Shown: positions 23,555 through 35,365 of the stretch, piece after piece
Numbering within the stretch: position 1 is the first letter of the stretch
How the letters are laid out: each line of letters opens with the position of its first letter
NCBI GenBank assembly: GCA_030295235.1
Contig: AP026155.1
Location: forward strand, 496,001-560,000
Reading direction: 5' to 3'
DNA from: Fistulifera solaris
Lineage: Eukaryota
Length of the DNA stretch: 64,000 bases
Program-made: the position numbers and the translations under genes
Notes under the pieces: generated by a model
Database searches by the model: none
Told to the model about the DNA's origin: nothing
Seen by the model: only the letters and a program-made list of their open reading frames with translations

Positions 23555-24424
23555 TTATGTTTCCAGCAGCCCCGGTATTTTGACCATGCCTTTTTCTGTC
23601 CATTCCAATGTCCGCCACATGCGTTCCAATTCTTCATCATTCCCCTGAACAACAATTTCATTTTCTGTTTCATCGGCATTGGCCACTAATTTGACTGAAA
23701 TTTCGTCTACCCGATCTCCCGCACTCCAATAATACACCCCCGCGTACGGACTCAGTAACGCAATCGCGTACCAATTCAACCCGAAAGGCAATTCGACATC
23801 ATTGAATTGCACTTGCAAGACGAGCGCCAACGACAACAATCCGAGTGCCGTACAAAAGACCAAAAAGGCGGCTTGTCCCAAGCTCCGCTGCACAATCCCA
23901 CGAAAGGTAATGGTTTCTCCTGCTTCCACTACTTCGTAATTGTTCGATGTCATGTCTGTAAGAAAAACGAGCAAGTTAGATCACGTTTTTGTCGAACACA
24001 TCGGATACAATCCAACTTTTACTTACACGCCATGATTTCTCCGGCTTGTTGCCGCAAGGATTTTCCTTTTGGGGCATTTTCTCCCGCCGTGACAAAGGTT
24101 TTTCGTTTGATTTTTGGCCGACGTACTCCGTTTGACTTGCGACCAGACACCGGGAAAACTCAAGACATAGAGTCCCAAGATGGTATAGTACGATGCTTTA
24201 CTATACGATACACCTCCCACTTCCGGAGGTCCTTCGACTACCGAAAGTAACAACGAAGAAAGGTGGTTTTGTGTCGCATCATTGAGATGAGCCATCGGCA
24301 TCATCCTTGCTCGAAATGAGACCCTTCTCGACTGATGATGATGATTCGTTTGTGATGTCACGACAAACGCACGGCATTGAGTAGCGCACAAAAGGAGAAA
24401 TGAAAATATCCAGGTAATCTTCAT
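23555..24424 (-). CDS. CCB1: Cofactor assembly of complex C subunit B (CCB1-like), plastid-targeted; intron about 23959-24025 and one frameshift
   Basis: Signal peptide ending QCRA-FV; SYYTILGLYVLSFPGVWSQVKRS, TITFRG, LSPYAGVYYW, EELERMWRTLEWTEKGMVKIPGLLE. Confidence 0.8.
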
Positions 24425-24768
24425 GTTTATTGATTAGCACTCGTCGTAAGGATTTTCTTTGATGATATATATAGCAACAAGCCTTTTTTGCCATTATGCT
24501 ACTTGCTTATTATCATCGCGATCATCGGTTTTTTTTTCGGCCGGACTGACGCATGGGCGCGTTTGCGCACTATTAGTTACTCAATGTATTTCTGATTTAC
24601 AGGCCACGGAAGACGACAGACACACGCACAAGATCTTTCGTAGTATATTATTACGGAATATCTTATTCGCATCGTCGCACTTATTCGTTTCTTATGATTT
24701 CTTCAATTGGAAGGCTCACTTCAATTCTTCATCATCTCAAAAATAACAATACAAAACTTTACATAAGC

Positions 24769-25905
24769 ATGCCATCTATTGCGGTTTTGACACCCGTATT
24801 ACCCTTTAACGACCAGAAAGAGATTGTCTTGTCGGAACAAGATCAACAACGTGATGCCTTGGATGAATACAATCATTCACGTCAACGCCGTGCCTTGATT
24901 TTACAAGAATTGCGCACGCGTCCCGGTATCGACATCAAGCTGTGTACGCCTTCCGACGACGACGACGACGACGACGACGAGACAGACTGGGTGACGCACA
25001 TCTATCGTAAAGTCCATTCGTCCGAATTGTTGCAGTTTTTACAAACGGCCCCCGCACGCTGGGAAGCGTTGGGAAAAGCCGGACAAGATCCCATTGCTTC
25101 GTTGCGCGCTGCACTCATTCCCATTTGTGTTCCGCTACAACGTACGACGGCGTCCCAACGTCCGAGTCAACATGTCGTAGGACAAATGGGATATTATTGT
25201 ACCGACAATTGCACGCCGCTCTTTGCCGGTATTGTGGAAGAATTCGAACGCGATGCCTACCTCGTGCAGTGTGCGTTGCAAGAGTCTTCCCGCACAGTCG
25301 TCGTCTTGTTGCCGACTCATCCGGGTCATCATGCGGCAACCGATTGTTTTGGAGGATACTGCTATACGAATCACGCGGCGGCGTTGGCGGCGCATTTGCC
25401 TCACGAGCGAGTTGCCATTCTCGATGTCGATTATCATTGTGGCAATGGGACGGCCGCCATTTTTGATAATGACCCGAATGTACTCGTGGTCAGTTTGCAT
25501 TGCGATCCGGACTACGATTATCCGTTTCATGCCGGATTCGCCGATGATGTCGGTACCGCCGGTACCACGTGTCATTTGCCGTTGCCACCGGGGACTGATT
25601 GGGCTCAATACAAACCTGCCTTACAACAGGGTTTGCAACGAATTCGGGACTTTGGTGGTACGGCTTGCATTGTATCCTTGGGATTGGATACGTACGATCA
25701 AGATCCGTGTGCCTTGCGACGAGCGGGATTCCATTTGCGTGACAATGATTACGTTGCCATGGGTCGGTGTATCGCACAAGGACTCGATACGAGTGTTCAA
25801 GTCTTGTTTGTTCAGGAAGGTGGGTATCGCATGGATAAGGTGCCCGTGGCGGCGGCCGATGTGATTTGTGGATTTGCGGAAGAACGCGAGAGAATGAGTG
25901 AATGA
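24769..25905 (+). CDS. Histone deacetylase family, acetylpolyamine amidohydrolase-like
   Basis: HPGHHA, GGYCY.N, DVDYHCGNGT, SLH.DP..YPF, SLGLDT, QEGGY. Confidence 0.88.
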   Translation: MPSIAVLTPVLPFNDQKEIVLSEQDQQRDALDEYNHSRQRRALILQELRTRPGIDIKLCTPSDDDDDDDDETDWVTHIYRKVHSSELLQFLQTAPARWEALGKAGQDPIASLRAALIPICVPLQRTTASQRPSQHVVGQMGYYCTDNCTPLFAGIVEEFERDAYLVQCALQESSRTVVVLLPTHPGHHAATDCFGGYCYTNHAAALAAHLPHERVAILDVDYHCGNGTAAIFDNDPNVLVVSLHCDPDYDYPFHAGFADDVGTAGTTCHLPLPPGTDWAQYKPALQQGLQRIRDFGGTACIVSLGLDTYDQDPCALRRAGFHLRDNDYVAMGRCIAQGLDTSVQVLFVQEGGYRMDKVPVAAADVICGFAEERERMSE

Positions 25906-26265
25906 AGCTTGTTTTGTTTTAATTTGTAAACAGACAATGTCTTGAGTTGATTAGATTTCTAATTATAATCATCAACCTTAAACTCGGAGTATTCTTTGTC
26001 TCCGTGTTCGCTCGGGACTCGGGACCCGCAGTGATTCGTGAACGGAAAAGCACGACTAAATTATTTTTGGCTTCAAAGAAGTCCCACGCAGAAAGTCGTC
26101 TTTCATCATGCGGAAGCAGCGAAGAAATACAGCGAGCCAAAACACATTCGCCAAACTGTAATAACAGTCCTTATTCTAAGATCAGCTCTCTCATTTCATT
26201 AATCAAACGTATTACTGCTTTCACAAGTAAAGCTAAGAAAGAGCAGACACCCGCAAAAGCAAAGA

Positions 26266-26961
26266 ATGACAGAACAACCCAAAATTTTGTGGAGTTGCAT
26301 CGCACGCAACCATGCTGTTTTGGTTGAGACGGGTTCAGATGATCCCGCCGTCCGAGATACCGCACAAGGTCTGTTGGCTCGCAAAGCGACACCGGGATAC
26401 GAGTTCTATCATCAGCGACGTCGTTTACGGGGTTGTAAATTTCATATCTACGAACATTCTGGACGTGCGGACGTAGACGAGGAAGAAGAGTCTCTGTTGA
26501 TTTGGGTCTTTGCGGCCGTGTACGATGCTTCTGTCGTAACGCAAGTACAAGTACAAGCTTTTTTACAAAAGTTAGTTCAATTGACGGAATTGCTGCGGCA
26601 CGAAGATCCCGAATGGCGGTCCGGATACAACTGTCAAACGACGTTTGCCCCGATTCTGCAGCAGCGTATGGAAGATATTACCCATTTAGCCAAAATCGTC
26701 GCACTCGAGCAACAACTCGAAACGACGCGTACTATAATGGAACGCAATATAGAATTAATTTTGGATCGCGAGGAGCGATTGCTTCGAAGGTTACACGAAA
26801 AGACTTCGGAAGCAAACGAAATGGCACAAATCTTTCGCAAACGCACTCGCAAGGTACGACGGATGCAATTGATGCAACAAGCGAAGCATGGGATAGTAGT
26901 AGGAACCGCTATCACGCTGGGTGTTGCTATTGCAGTCGTACCCGTGGTGGTGGCGCTGTAA
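26266..26961 (+). CDS. Longin-domain R-SNARE (VAMP7-like)
   Basis: N-terminal longin-like ILWSCIAR..VLVE; SNARE motif IMERNIELILDREERL; C-terminal TM. Confidence 0.85.
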   Translation: MTEQPKILWSCIARNHAVLVETGSDDPAVRDTAQGLLARKATPGYEFYHQRRRLRGCKFHIYEHSGRADVDEEEESLLIWVFAAVYDASVVTQVQVQAFLQKLVQLTELLRHEDPEWRSGYNCQTTFAPILQQRMEDITHLAKIVALEQQLETTRTIMERNIELILDREERLLRRLHEKTSEANEMAQIFRKRTRKVRRMQLMQQAKHGIVVGTAITLGVAIAVVPVVVAL

Positions 26962-27299
26962 GAGTTCATTAAACACTGCCAGCAGTGATTTTTCAGTCAC
27001 CAAAAGTCAAACTGTAGCGCACACGCAAAATGCTAGGCTATTTTAGTTCGAAGACGGAAAGTAATGAAGAATGGGAGGTTAGCTTTGAAGTAAACGCTTG
27101 ACTCAATTTCAACCTGCGCTTTTGGCCGTTGCGACAGCAGACGGTACTGAGTATTTTCCGCCCTCATTGCATGATTTTTTTTTATCATGCTTGTCGTTGA
27201 TGTTACTCCACGGAGTATTTGTTCATAACCACAATAACAGCAAACCAATCTACAATATAAACATCTTTTTTATTTCTTACTATCAATCGCAGTCATATC

Positions 27300-27749
27300 A
27301 TGATGAAGCTCGAACCACGCAATTCGCTCTTCGTTTACGGCACTCTCATGGCACCTCCCGTCATTCAAACTCTCCTTGGAAGGGTGCCTCCACACGGCAC
27401 GGCAATTCTTCAACATTATCGACGACATCCAGTACGACATCAAGTCTATCCTGGAATGATTCCTCAAATCGGTGCCATGACACAAGGCATTTTGTATCAC
27501 GGACTGACACCAAAGGAGATAGCACGACTCGATTGGTTTGAAGATGTCGAATATGCGAGACGGCCCGTCATTGTGACAATGGGCACAGAAGAAACCGCGA
27601 CAGACACGTATGTATGGACGAATCCTTTGTCCGAATTGCAGTTGGATTCTGAATGGTCGATCGAAGACTTTTCTCAAACCCATTTAACCCGATTTTTAGA
27701 AAAAACGGTTCAACCGTGTTGTATTCGAATGGAAAGTGAAGGTTTGTAA
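27300..27749 (+). CDS. AIG2-like gamma-glutamylcyclotransferase-fold protein
   Basis: LFVYGTLM, YPGMI, LDWFEDVEYAR, TYVW. Confidence 0.88.
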   Translation: MMKLEPRNSLFVYGTLMAPPVIQTLLGRVPPHGTAILQHYRRHPVRHQVYPGMIPQIGAMTQGILYHGLTPKEIARLDWFEDVEYARRPVIVTMGTEETATDTYVWTNPLSELQLDSEWSIEDFSQTHLTRFLEKTVQPCCIRMESEGL

Positions 27750-27913
27750 CGACTCCGTTACATTCGACTTGATCAACTACTTTAATGTTCCCCTTATTTT
27801 CTGTTCTACTAGTTACTTATTTGTTATGATGTTTAGTTCGCCGTTGCGCTAATGGACTTTCGTCATTCGGCAAGCGAATCTCTACTTTTTTCCTCTTTCG
27901 CGTTTCTTCTTAC

Positions 27914-28267
27914 CTATTTCACACGCTTCGCTGATGACAAACCCGCCGATAGAAGATCATCGACCGAGTCTTTCTTCATCGTCGGCACCTTTTACGTACA
28001 ACCGGGGCGACCGAGTTGGCTTGCTGGGCACTCTCTTGTTCTTGTTTTGCCTTTTTGGCAGCAATTTTAGCTTCTAGTGCTGCCGCATCACTGCTATTGC
28101 GTTGCAACGGATCTCCTCCCTGTAACAGCAATCAAAATGAGAAAACACACACGGCAGCGATAGAGAGTCACTTGCAGCTTTCGTACCCTGGCTTGCGATT
28201 TGGCTTTCGCCTGTTGTTTGGCTAAATTCTTGGCACGATCTCGATCTCGCTGGTCACCTCGTGACAT
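27914..28267 (-). CDS. SERF/4F5-like small EDRK-rich protein (2 exons; intron about 28120-28186)
   Basis: MSRGDQRDRDRAKNLAKQ; exon 2 DPLQRNSSDAAALEAKIAAKKAK...LSSAKRVK*. Confidence 0.8.
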
Positions 28268-28726
28268 TCTATGCAAGCAAGTTAAAATGGAAAAGCTACG
28301 GAGTAGTAGATAAGGAAAAATAAAGACAAGGGAGAGGCTCACACTCACTGGGCGAACAAAGGAGGGGCGAATGACGCGAAACGACTGGCGGTGCGATTGT
28401 TGCCGCAAAGTTGTGTTTTCTCGCCAACAACGTGCAACGTGCAACGTGCAACACAGACGTTGATGATGGGGCGATACATACTACCAGGTACGTACTTTGT
28501 ACGGACGTTGCACTGTGGAAGCCATGCCAGGACATACCGGTATTTATGAATCATAGAAACAAACGTGTTCCTATGCCTCGTAAGCCTGAACCCTTATTAA
28601 AAACGATAACAGACTGGTCGCATCGAGCTCGACGCTTCCGTCATTCTAGTTTGCAACAAGAAGAACAAAATCAACCACAAAACTAAGACTTCTTACATAA
28701 AACTGTTTCAACCAAAAGGAACGCAA

Positions 28727-29552
28727 CTAGTCGTCGGCTGCCTGAAGAGCCGCCACGACGGATGCGGAATCCGTCACGGACCCAAAGATCCCTCCTTGTG
28801 CCGTAATCATGCGGAGCGCCGTTTTGTGAAAGTCATCAAAGAAGGAAGCACACGCATCCGACACGGCAATACAGTGATAGCCACGATCGTTGGCTTCTCG
28901 GATGGTGGTATGGACACAAACTTCGGTTGTGACGCCCATGACCAACAAGGTCGTAATATTTTGAGCTTGCAAGATGGCTTCCAAGTCTGTGGCATAGAAG
29001 GATCCTTTTCCTGGTAGAAATAATGAAAGTATGATGTAAGATAGCAGTGAATTCATACACTTGTTATTTTTTCAAGAGTGACGACGCGTACCGGGTTTGT
29101 CCACGACCGGCTCTCCGGTGATGGGATACAATTCTTCAATAATATCATGACCTTCTTCACCACGAATCAGAATCCGACCCATGGGACCCATCTCACCAAT
29201 GGCCGGAGGTACCGTTCCGTGCTTGTCTTTTTTCCAAACATGCACATCGGCCATGCTGGGACGGTGGCCCTAACAACGAAACAAAAGTGAGAAAACAAAA
29301 CTATTGCAGGAGTCATACTACCACACGAAAACGCACTTCACGGGTATGAATCACCAACATGTTTCGAGCCCGTGCGGCTTCCAACACCTTTTGGCAAGGC
29401 TGAATGGCGCGTGTCAATTTCGAGACATCGTTGCCCAACTTTTCGCCAAAACCGCCCGGCAACAAAAAGTCGCGTTGCATGTCGATAATTACGACAGCCG
29501 TACGTTCCAAATCTATGGTTCCATCCCGTGGTTTCATATGAATAGGAGCCAT
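28727..29552 (-). CDS. trtA: Triuret hydrolase-like isochorismatase-family cysteine hydrolase (exons 29552-29337, 29269-29092, 29010-28727)
   Basis: [71 protein letters not shown] introns restore the frame. Confidence 0.82.
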
Positions 29553-29938
29553 GGTGTTCGTTCGATTCCTTTATCGGAAGAGGGGAGAAAACCCAAGAAA
29601 ACACAACAAGAAATGGAACAGAATGGATTTTATAGAAGGACAAATTGTAAGTGTGATTTTGTGCGAAGAAAGATCCTCTGCTAAAAAACGTACGGATCCG
29701 TCGTTTAGAGACTATAGAACAAAATGTAGTATCGTTGTTGTACTCTTTGTGTTTGGTTTCTTCTTCTCATGCCAAGATCGGAAGATCGGCATTTGATTTT
29801 GTTCCATTTGATCAATTCTTTTTGTTATTATTTCAAACGTCAAACGTCAAACGTCACTCATTGATTCAAAAGACGAAACAAAAAAAAAAAGAAATCCATC
29901 CATAGAGAGATATTAGATCGAGTTGAACTGAATCGAAG

Positions 29939-30868
29939 ATGTTGCATACTCATTCTTTGTGTTCTTTCTTCTTCTTGTTGTTGTTCTTCTTCTCCTTCTA
30001 CGACACCGTCATCGCCCACGAGTATTTGATTGTCGGTGTCAGTGGTGGATTGCAAGATGGATTCCCCGAACGTTCGAAAATGGATTATCATCACGGTCAA
30101 GACGATGCCGTCCCGGCCGTGTTTCTGGGCAAAGCTTTAGTGCGGGGTTATAAAGCTTTTTTGGATGTCATGCAACCGGGATGGCGACAATATATTGAAG
30201 AACCAGGACAACCGCTCATCAACAGTAATGTGTTCCCTTCAGGATGTTACGAACATGCGAATGAATATTGGATTTATTTGATTGATTCGAGACAAGTCAT
30301 GGCGGTCTTGAACAATGAACCACGGTTTCTGAGTATTACACCCGACACGGGGATGGTCGATTTGCGGGCGGAAGAAACGAGCCCGGTCGTGCGCGCTCTC
30401 TTGGAGCAAATGATTCAACAGCAGGGCAAATCCGATTTGGAACAAGTAGCCATTCCACTCGTGACCGCGGTTTGGTTTCAAAAGGAATCTCATGTGCCCA
30501 GTCCACCGATTCGTATACACGAAGATGGAACGTACATTACCAATTTCCCCGAATCGTTGGCCTTGTGGGCCAATGTAAGTGATGCCGATCGGACTGCATT
30601 ACAGGAGGAATGCGCCGATCAAACCTGTTCCGCCGAAGCCCTCCAACGTGTGCAACGATATTGGGACGGCATTCGTCGAGCGGTACGTCACGCCGAGCAG
30701 TCGTTGGCTGAGTTGAAAGATGTCAATTACGGTCCACCCTTTCAATGTAAGACCAAAGTACGATTTGGAGTAGGAAACGACACGGCCCGGATCAATTATC
30801 CCTTTCCGATCAAACAAATGACGGCACTGTTGCAATCGGTAGGATTCAATTTAGAGCAAAACAGCTAG
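29939..30868 (+). CDS. Signal-peptide protein with weak resemblance to the allophanate-hydrolase C-terminal/GGCT-like domain
   Basis: Intact 309-aa ORF; hydrophobic leader; IVGVSGGLQDGFP..AVFLGKALVRGYKAF and WIYLIDSRQVMAVLNNEPRFLSI. Confidence is for the CDS; function is much less sure. Confidence 0.8.
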   Translation: MLHTHSLCSFFFLLLFFFSFYDTVIAHEYLIVGVSGGLQDGFPERSKMDYHHGQDDAVPAVFLGKALVRGYKAFLDVMQPGWRQYIEEPGQPLINSNVFPSGCYEHANEYWIYLIDSRQVMAVLNNEPRFLSITPDTGMVDLRAEETSPVVRALLEQMIQQQGKSDLEQVAIPLVTAVWFQKESHVPSPPIRIHEDGTYITNFPESLALWANVSDADRTALQEECADQTCSAEALQRVQRYWDGIRRAVRHAEQSLAELKDVNYGPPFQCKTKVRFGVGNDTARINYPFPIKQMTALLQSVGFNLEQNS

Positions 30869-30881
30869 AAATTATAGAATA

Positions 30882-32036
30882 TTACGTTTCATGACTCGAT
30901 AGACAACGAATCAGGGTCTTGGAATCCGTGACAGCACCAAAGACACCTCCTTGCTTTTGAATCATGGAAATCGCCGCATCGTGATTGAGAGGATCCGTGG
31001 CGGCACAACAATCCGAGACGAGTAAACATTCGTAGCCCATGTCGTTTCTGGAAACCAGGAAAAGCACGTTCAGTCTCATGCCCATCCATCCAAAGACAAC
31101 TCATAACGAAACTTTCTACTTACGCGTTGCGCATGGTCGTATGAACACAGACATCGGTTGTGACACCCGCAAGAATGATATTGACAATGCCCTTGGAACG
31201 TAAAATTAAATCCAAATTCGTACCTATCAATCGATCGAACCATTGAGAAACGAACCCAATTCCTATACACTCAAACACACACACACACAAAGCAAAAGAA
31301 AACACACGTACCGACAAAGGAACCCTTGCCGGGTTTATCAATGACAATTTCCTGCGGCAAGGGTGCCAATTCGGGAATAATTTCCCATCCCGGTTCTCCT
31401 TTGATCAAAATGCGACCACAAGGTCCGGCGAAACCAATGGCGGCCCCAATCTGTTGACTCCGCCAGAGTTTGTTGGGAGGACAATCAGCCATGTCTTTTT
31501 GTCAAAATAAAAAATGAGATATTAAGACCGTTCGGAACGAAACAGCAAACTCATTCGAAACGCGTCGCGTACCTGGTCGATGTCCTTCCCGGGTATGTAA
31601 AATGTGATATCCCAAGCCCCGCAGACATTCCAATACGTTTTGAATGGGTTCAATTGGTTGGCGTGTCAAGGAAATCTAAAATATCGAGTGCGTCTGTATG
31701 TGAGAGGCGAAAATGTCTCTCTGTTTCTTTCTTCCTTACTTTAGAATTTGTGTTTTTGTTCCATCCACTTACATCATATCCCATCTTGTCAACGTATCCA
31801 CCCGGAGAACAGAAATCGACCTATATATGCCAAAATAAAACAGGAAAGGCAATCAGAAAAGAGAAGTCAATCATCGACCCATGGAGAAATGACAATACAA
31901 TTTCATTTTCCCTTCTTTCTTTTTCTTTGGAAGAACGCACCTGCATATCAATCACAATAATACACGTATTCGATGGATGCAAGTTTCCATTATACGGCCA
32001 AGCGTATGGTTGCGCGTCAATGTATGTTTGGGTCAT
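30882..32036 (-). CDS. biuH: Biuret hydrolase (isochorismatase family), 6 exons
   Basis: [86 protein letters not shown]; introns about 31940-31821, 31772-31676, 31572-31495, 31310-31224 and 31123-31051. Confidence 0.9.
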
Positions 32037-32942
32037 CTGGAGGAATAAATGAATAGATGAGGGTTGTTTCTTCTTTTTTCTTTTTACTTCTTTTTCTCTC
32101 GTTCGTCGACGACGACAACCTTCCCCTATCGTTCAACAAAAACAACACCACTTCCCGACAATGATGATGATTCAAAAGTAAAACGAGAGTGTCTCACAAT
32201 CAACAACAACAACAACAACAACAGAACAAACGTTGAATTGACAAAAGGAAATGGGTAATGATTGAGATGGACAGATATCTTCGGGGTGTGGCGAACGGAA
32301 CCAGAATTTTCTGAACCGAAGACAGAGAGCGAGTGTGTCAAAGGAAAACTTCGCGCGACGTTGAAGGAAGTTGTTTCAAGTGAGTTCTCACTATTTGGCG
32401 CAGAGTCATTCTCACATGACTCCATTCCTACTGTGGTGACGTGGGGATGTTCGTTCTTCATAAATCACCCTATCCGGAACGTCTCGAACCCACCACATTT
32501 CGGGCCCCCTACAGTCTATAGTGGGACGTGGGACACAGTTTTTTACTGTTTTTAGACGAAGCCGAACGTTTCGTACTTCCGCTATTCCCCAACGAGCTGA
32601 CTCTAATGATAATAGTACATAGTCCACACGTATGTCACTTCCAATCAAGCGCACTTCCGATGGACTTGGAGCACTTTGATCAGGACGACGTTTTGCGTAG
32701 AAATTCACGTACAAGTCCGTACCCTTACGATTTCCGAAGGACGTTTGGATCGAGGTCGTTCTTCTCATCTTTTCAACAGAACATTATTCTTTTTGCCGTG
32801 TCGATCGAAAGTCTCCCAAATTGCAAGACATCCCTCTTGGATCTTTGTTGACTTCCCCCATTCTTTGTGTTCAACATATCATCTTCATCTTCATCATCTT
32901 CATCATTATCATCGATCGGTAGCATTTTCACCTCCACTCATT

Positions 32943-33444
32943 ATGCCGGAACCGAAACTCCCACCCAACGAATCGACCTTCGTGCAGGATGTCATGTCCA
33001 TGTTTTCCATGACGCCCGCCGATTGGGGTTGTCTTTGTCAGCTCTTTTTGACAATCTTTCGACGCTGCTCGGAGCACTCTTTGCCATTCAAGGATTGGCC
33101 AATTTGGGAGATATCAGTGCCGATTTAAGTATGATCAACTATTATATCTTTGGGAAGATTGTGCCCGGAGTCGGTGTCACGTTGCTCGCCGGAAACATTT
33201 ACTATGCGTGGCAAGCGTCGCGTCTCACCAATCGGTGGGGACGACAGTACACGGCACAGCCGTATGGATTGAATACACCGGCGGCCTTTTCCTTTGTCTT
33301 TAACATTATGTGTAAGTGCTGACAAGACGCGTGAGAGTGTAGAGTGTCGATGGGGTCCTCTCTCTCTCTCTCTCTCTCTCTTTCAACACGCATATCACAT
33401 CTCGCTCTCTCTCTCTCTCTCTCTCTCAACACACATCTCTCTCA

Positions 33445-33489
<45 letters not shown>

Positions 33490-35365
33490 ACACGCAGACC
33501 CCGTCTATTTCAGTTTGGTGTTTACGGAAGGCTCCGAAGTTGCCTTCAAGACAGCCTACGATGTCGCACTCGCCGCCAACTTTATTACTGGTTTGATTTC
33601 CACCGTCTTGGCCTTTTTGGTCCCCTCATTTTGCAATACGTCCCGCCCGCTGCCCTTCTCGTACCGATTGCCGGCATTGGTATTGCCTTTTTGGGCATGG
33701 AACAAGTCACCAACAGTATTGCTGCCCCGCTCGTGGGATATCCCGCCATTTTGTTTGCCTTTTTGGGGTGGTATTCTGGAGTCCGACTCGGATACGGCAA
33801 TTACCGTTGTCCGGAAGCACTCCAAGTCATTCTGGTTGGTGTCATTATGGGCTGGTCCACGGGTCTCAACAAGAAATCGACCGTGGAAGATGCGATGGAT
33901 CTCGTCAAGTGGTATGGACCGGATTGGTCCGCCGATGACATGTTTGCCAATTTTGATCTCATTAAAGATTATTTGGGAATTGTCATCCCCATTGGTATTT
34001 CCGCAACCGCCACCACTTTGATGTGTCTCGTATCGGCTAAGAATGCGGGAGATCCGGTACGTCCATGTTAAGAGCACGTTGGTATGTGTGTCACATTCGA
34101 TCCTCTTAACCCCTTGCCTCAAACAGTTCCCCGTTCGTGAATCCATGATTGCGGATGGTATTGGAACCATGATTGCGTCCTTTTTGGTTCTCCCTTTGGC
34201 ACGGTCATTTGTAAGTCCAAGAGTGGTGGAAGCGACGATATGATTATTTTTGTTTGGATATAGATGACCTCAATTTTTTCAAAACTTGCACCAATTGCAG
34301 ACATTGGACATCCCGCTCACAAGCGCAGTGGTGCCAAAACCGGATACAGTATGGCCAATGGTCTCATTTACTTCATCCTGTCGTGGTTTGGAATTCTGGC
34401 TTTTATTCAGAGCATTGTCAATGTAGCGACCATTGGTCCGATTGTTTTATTTGTCGGTACGTCGATATATTGTGAGGCGGCGATTGGATTCGGTCGATCG
34501 ATCGATCGATTTCTCACTCAAAGATTTTGCCTTTTTAGGTCTCGCCATCAACGAGGAATGTTTGAACTTTATTCCGTCTCGTCAGTATGCTGCCTACGTG
34601 TAAGTAACGAATCCCGCTCTCTCTCTTTCTCTATAATTCTCTAGGGACGGCATCTAACACAGTTTTTCGTTCGACAGCGTTGGTTTGTTTCCCTCCATCT
34701 TTGATTGGGTCGTGAATGTGGCGAACCGCAGTCCTCTTGGTAATGACGCCGATGGCAATACCAATTTCCCCGGTGGAGATGGCTGGTTTGGTATCTTGGC
34801 TTGGAAACGCGGTGCCTTGTTGGTTTCCTTTGTGTGGGTTGCCATTTTGGTACGTGAAATGCGTGCTCTCCGTTACACGATTGTTCTTCTTCTCGCTCAT
34901 TTGTTGGTTTTTTAGGTCAGTGTGATTGATCGTCAATGGAACAAGGCGACCTTTTGGAGTTTGTTGGCGGCCGGTTTTGCTCTGTTTGGCATCATTCATA
35001 TGCCCGAAGCTGGTTTGGACAAGTTGAGCGAACCCTTTTGGGAACAGTGTCCCGCGGGCGGTTCCTGCTGGGAACATGGCGAACAGTGGATGTACTTTGT
35101 GGCGTATCTCATGTTTGCAGGTATTTTTGTGCTCATTGAATTGGCTCGTCGATTCGGTCTTGATGAACAATTGTTGCCCGGCTTGGAAGATCCAACGTCC
35201 GACGAGTTCAAGGACTGGTTCCGTGATGCCGAAAAGACGACGCACACTGTCACGAAGACGTGGCGTGATGAATTGGAAGAGAAACGTTTGGATCCAACGG
35301 TGCAGTCGAGCGAGAAGGTGATGGGATCGGACGGCGACGAATCGCCGGTCGAAGAAGACGCTTAG
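32943..35365 (+). CDS. NCS2/AzgA-like nucleobase/ureide permease, multi-exon (some frameshifts)
   Basis: LFFDNLSTLLG, PGVGVTLLAGNIYYAWQASRL, TAQPYGLNTP, AALLVPIAGI, AGDP.PVRESMIADGIGT, IGHPAHKRSGAKTGYS; many TM segments. Confidence 0.82.
33357..33486. repeat. Compound (CT)n microsatellite in a permease intron
   Basis: Three (CT)n blocks separated by TCAACAC(G/A)CA(T)-type spacers. Confidence 0.95.

Noticed and set aside
28727..32036. Bacterial contamination or a generic nicotinamidase/isochorismatase annotation
   Set aside because: The genes have spliceosomal introns, eukaryotic neighbours and BiuH/TrtA-specific motifs
33357..33486. CRISPR-like repeat/spacer pattern or an SL-rich protein
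   Set aside because: Simple intronic (CT)n microsatellite in a eukaryotic gene; no cas genes
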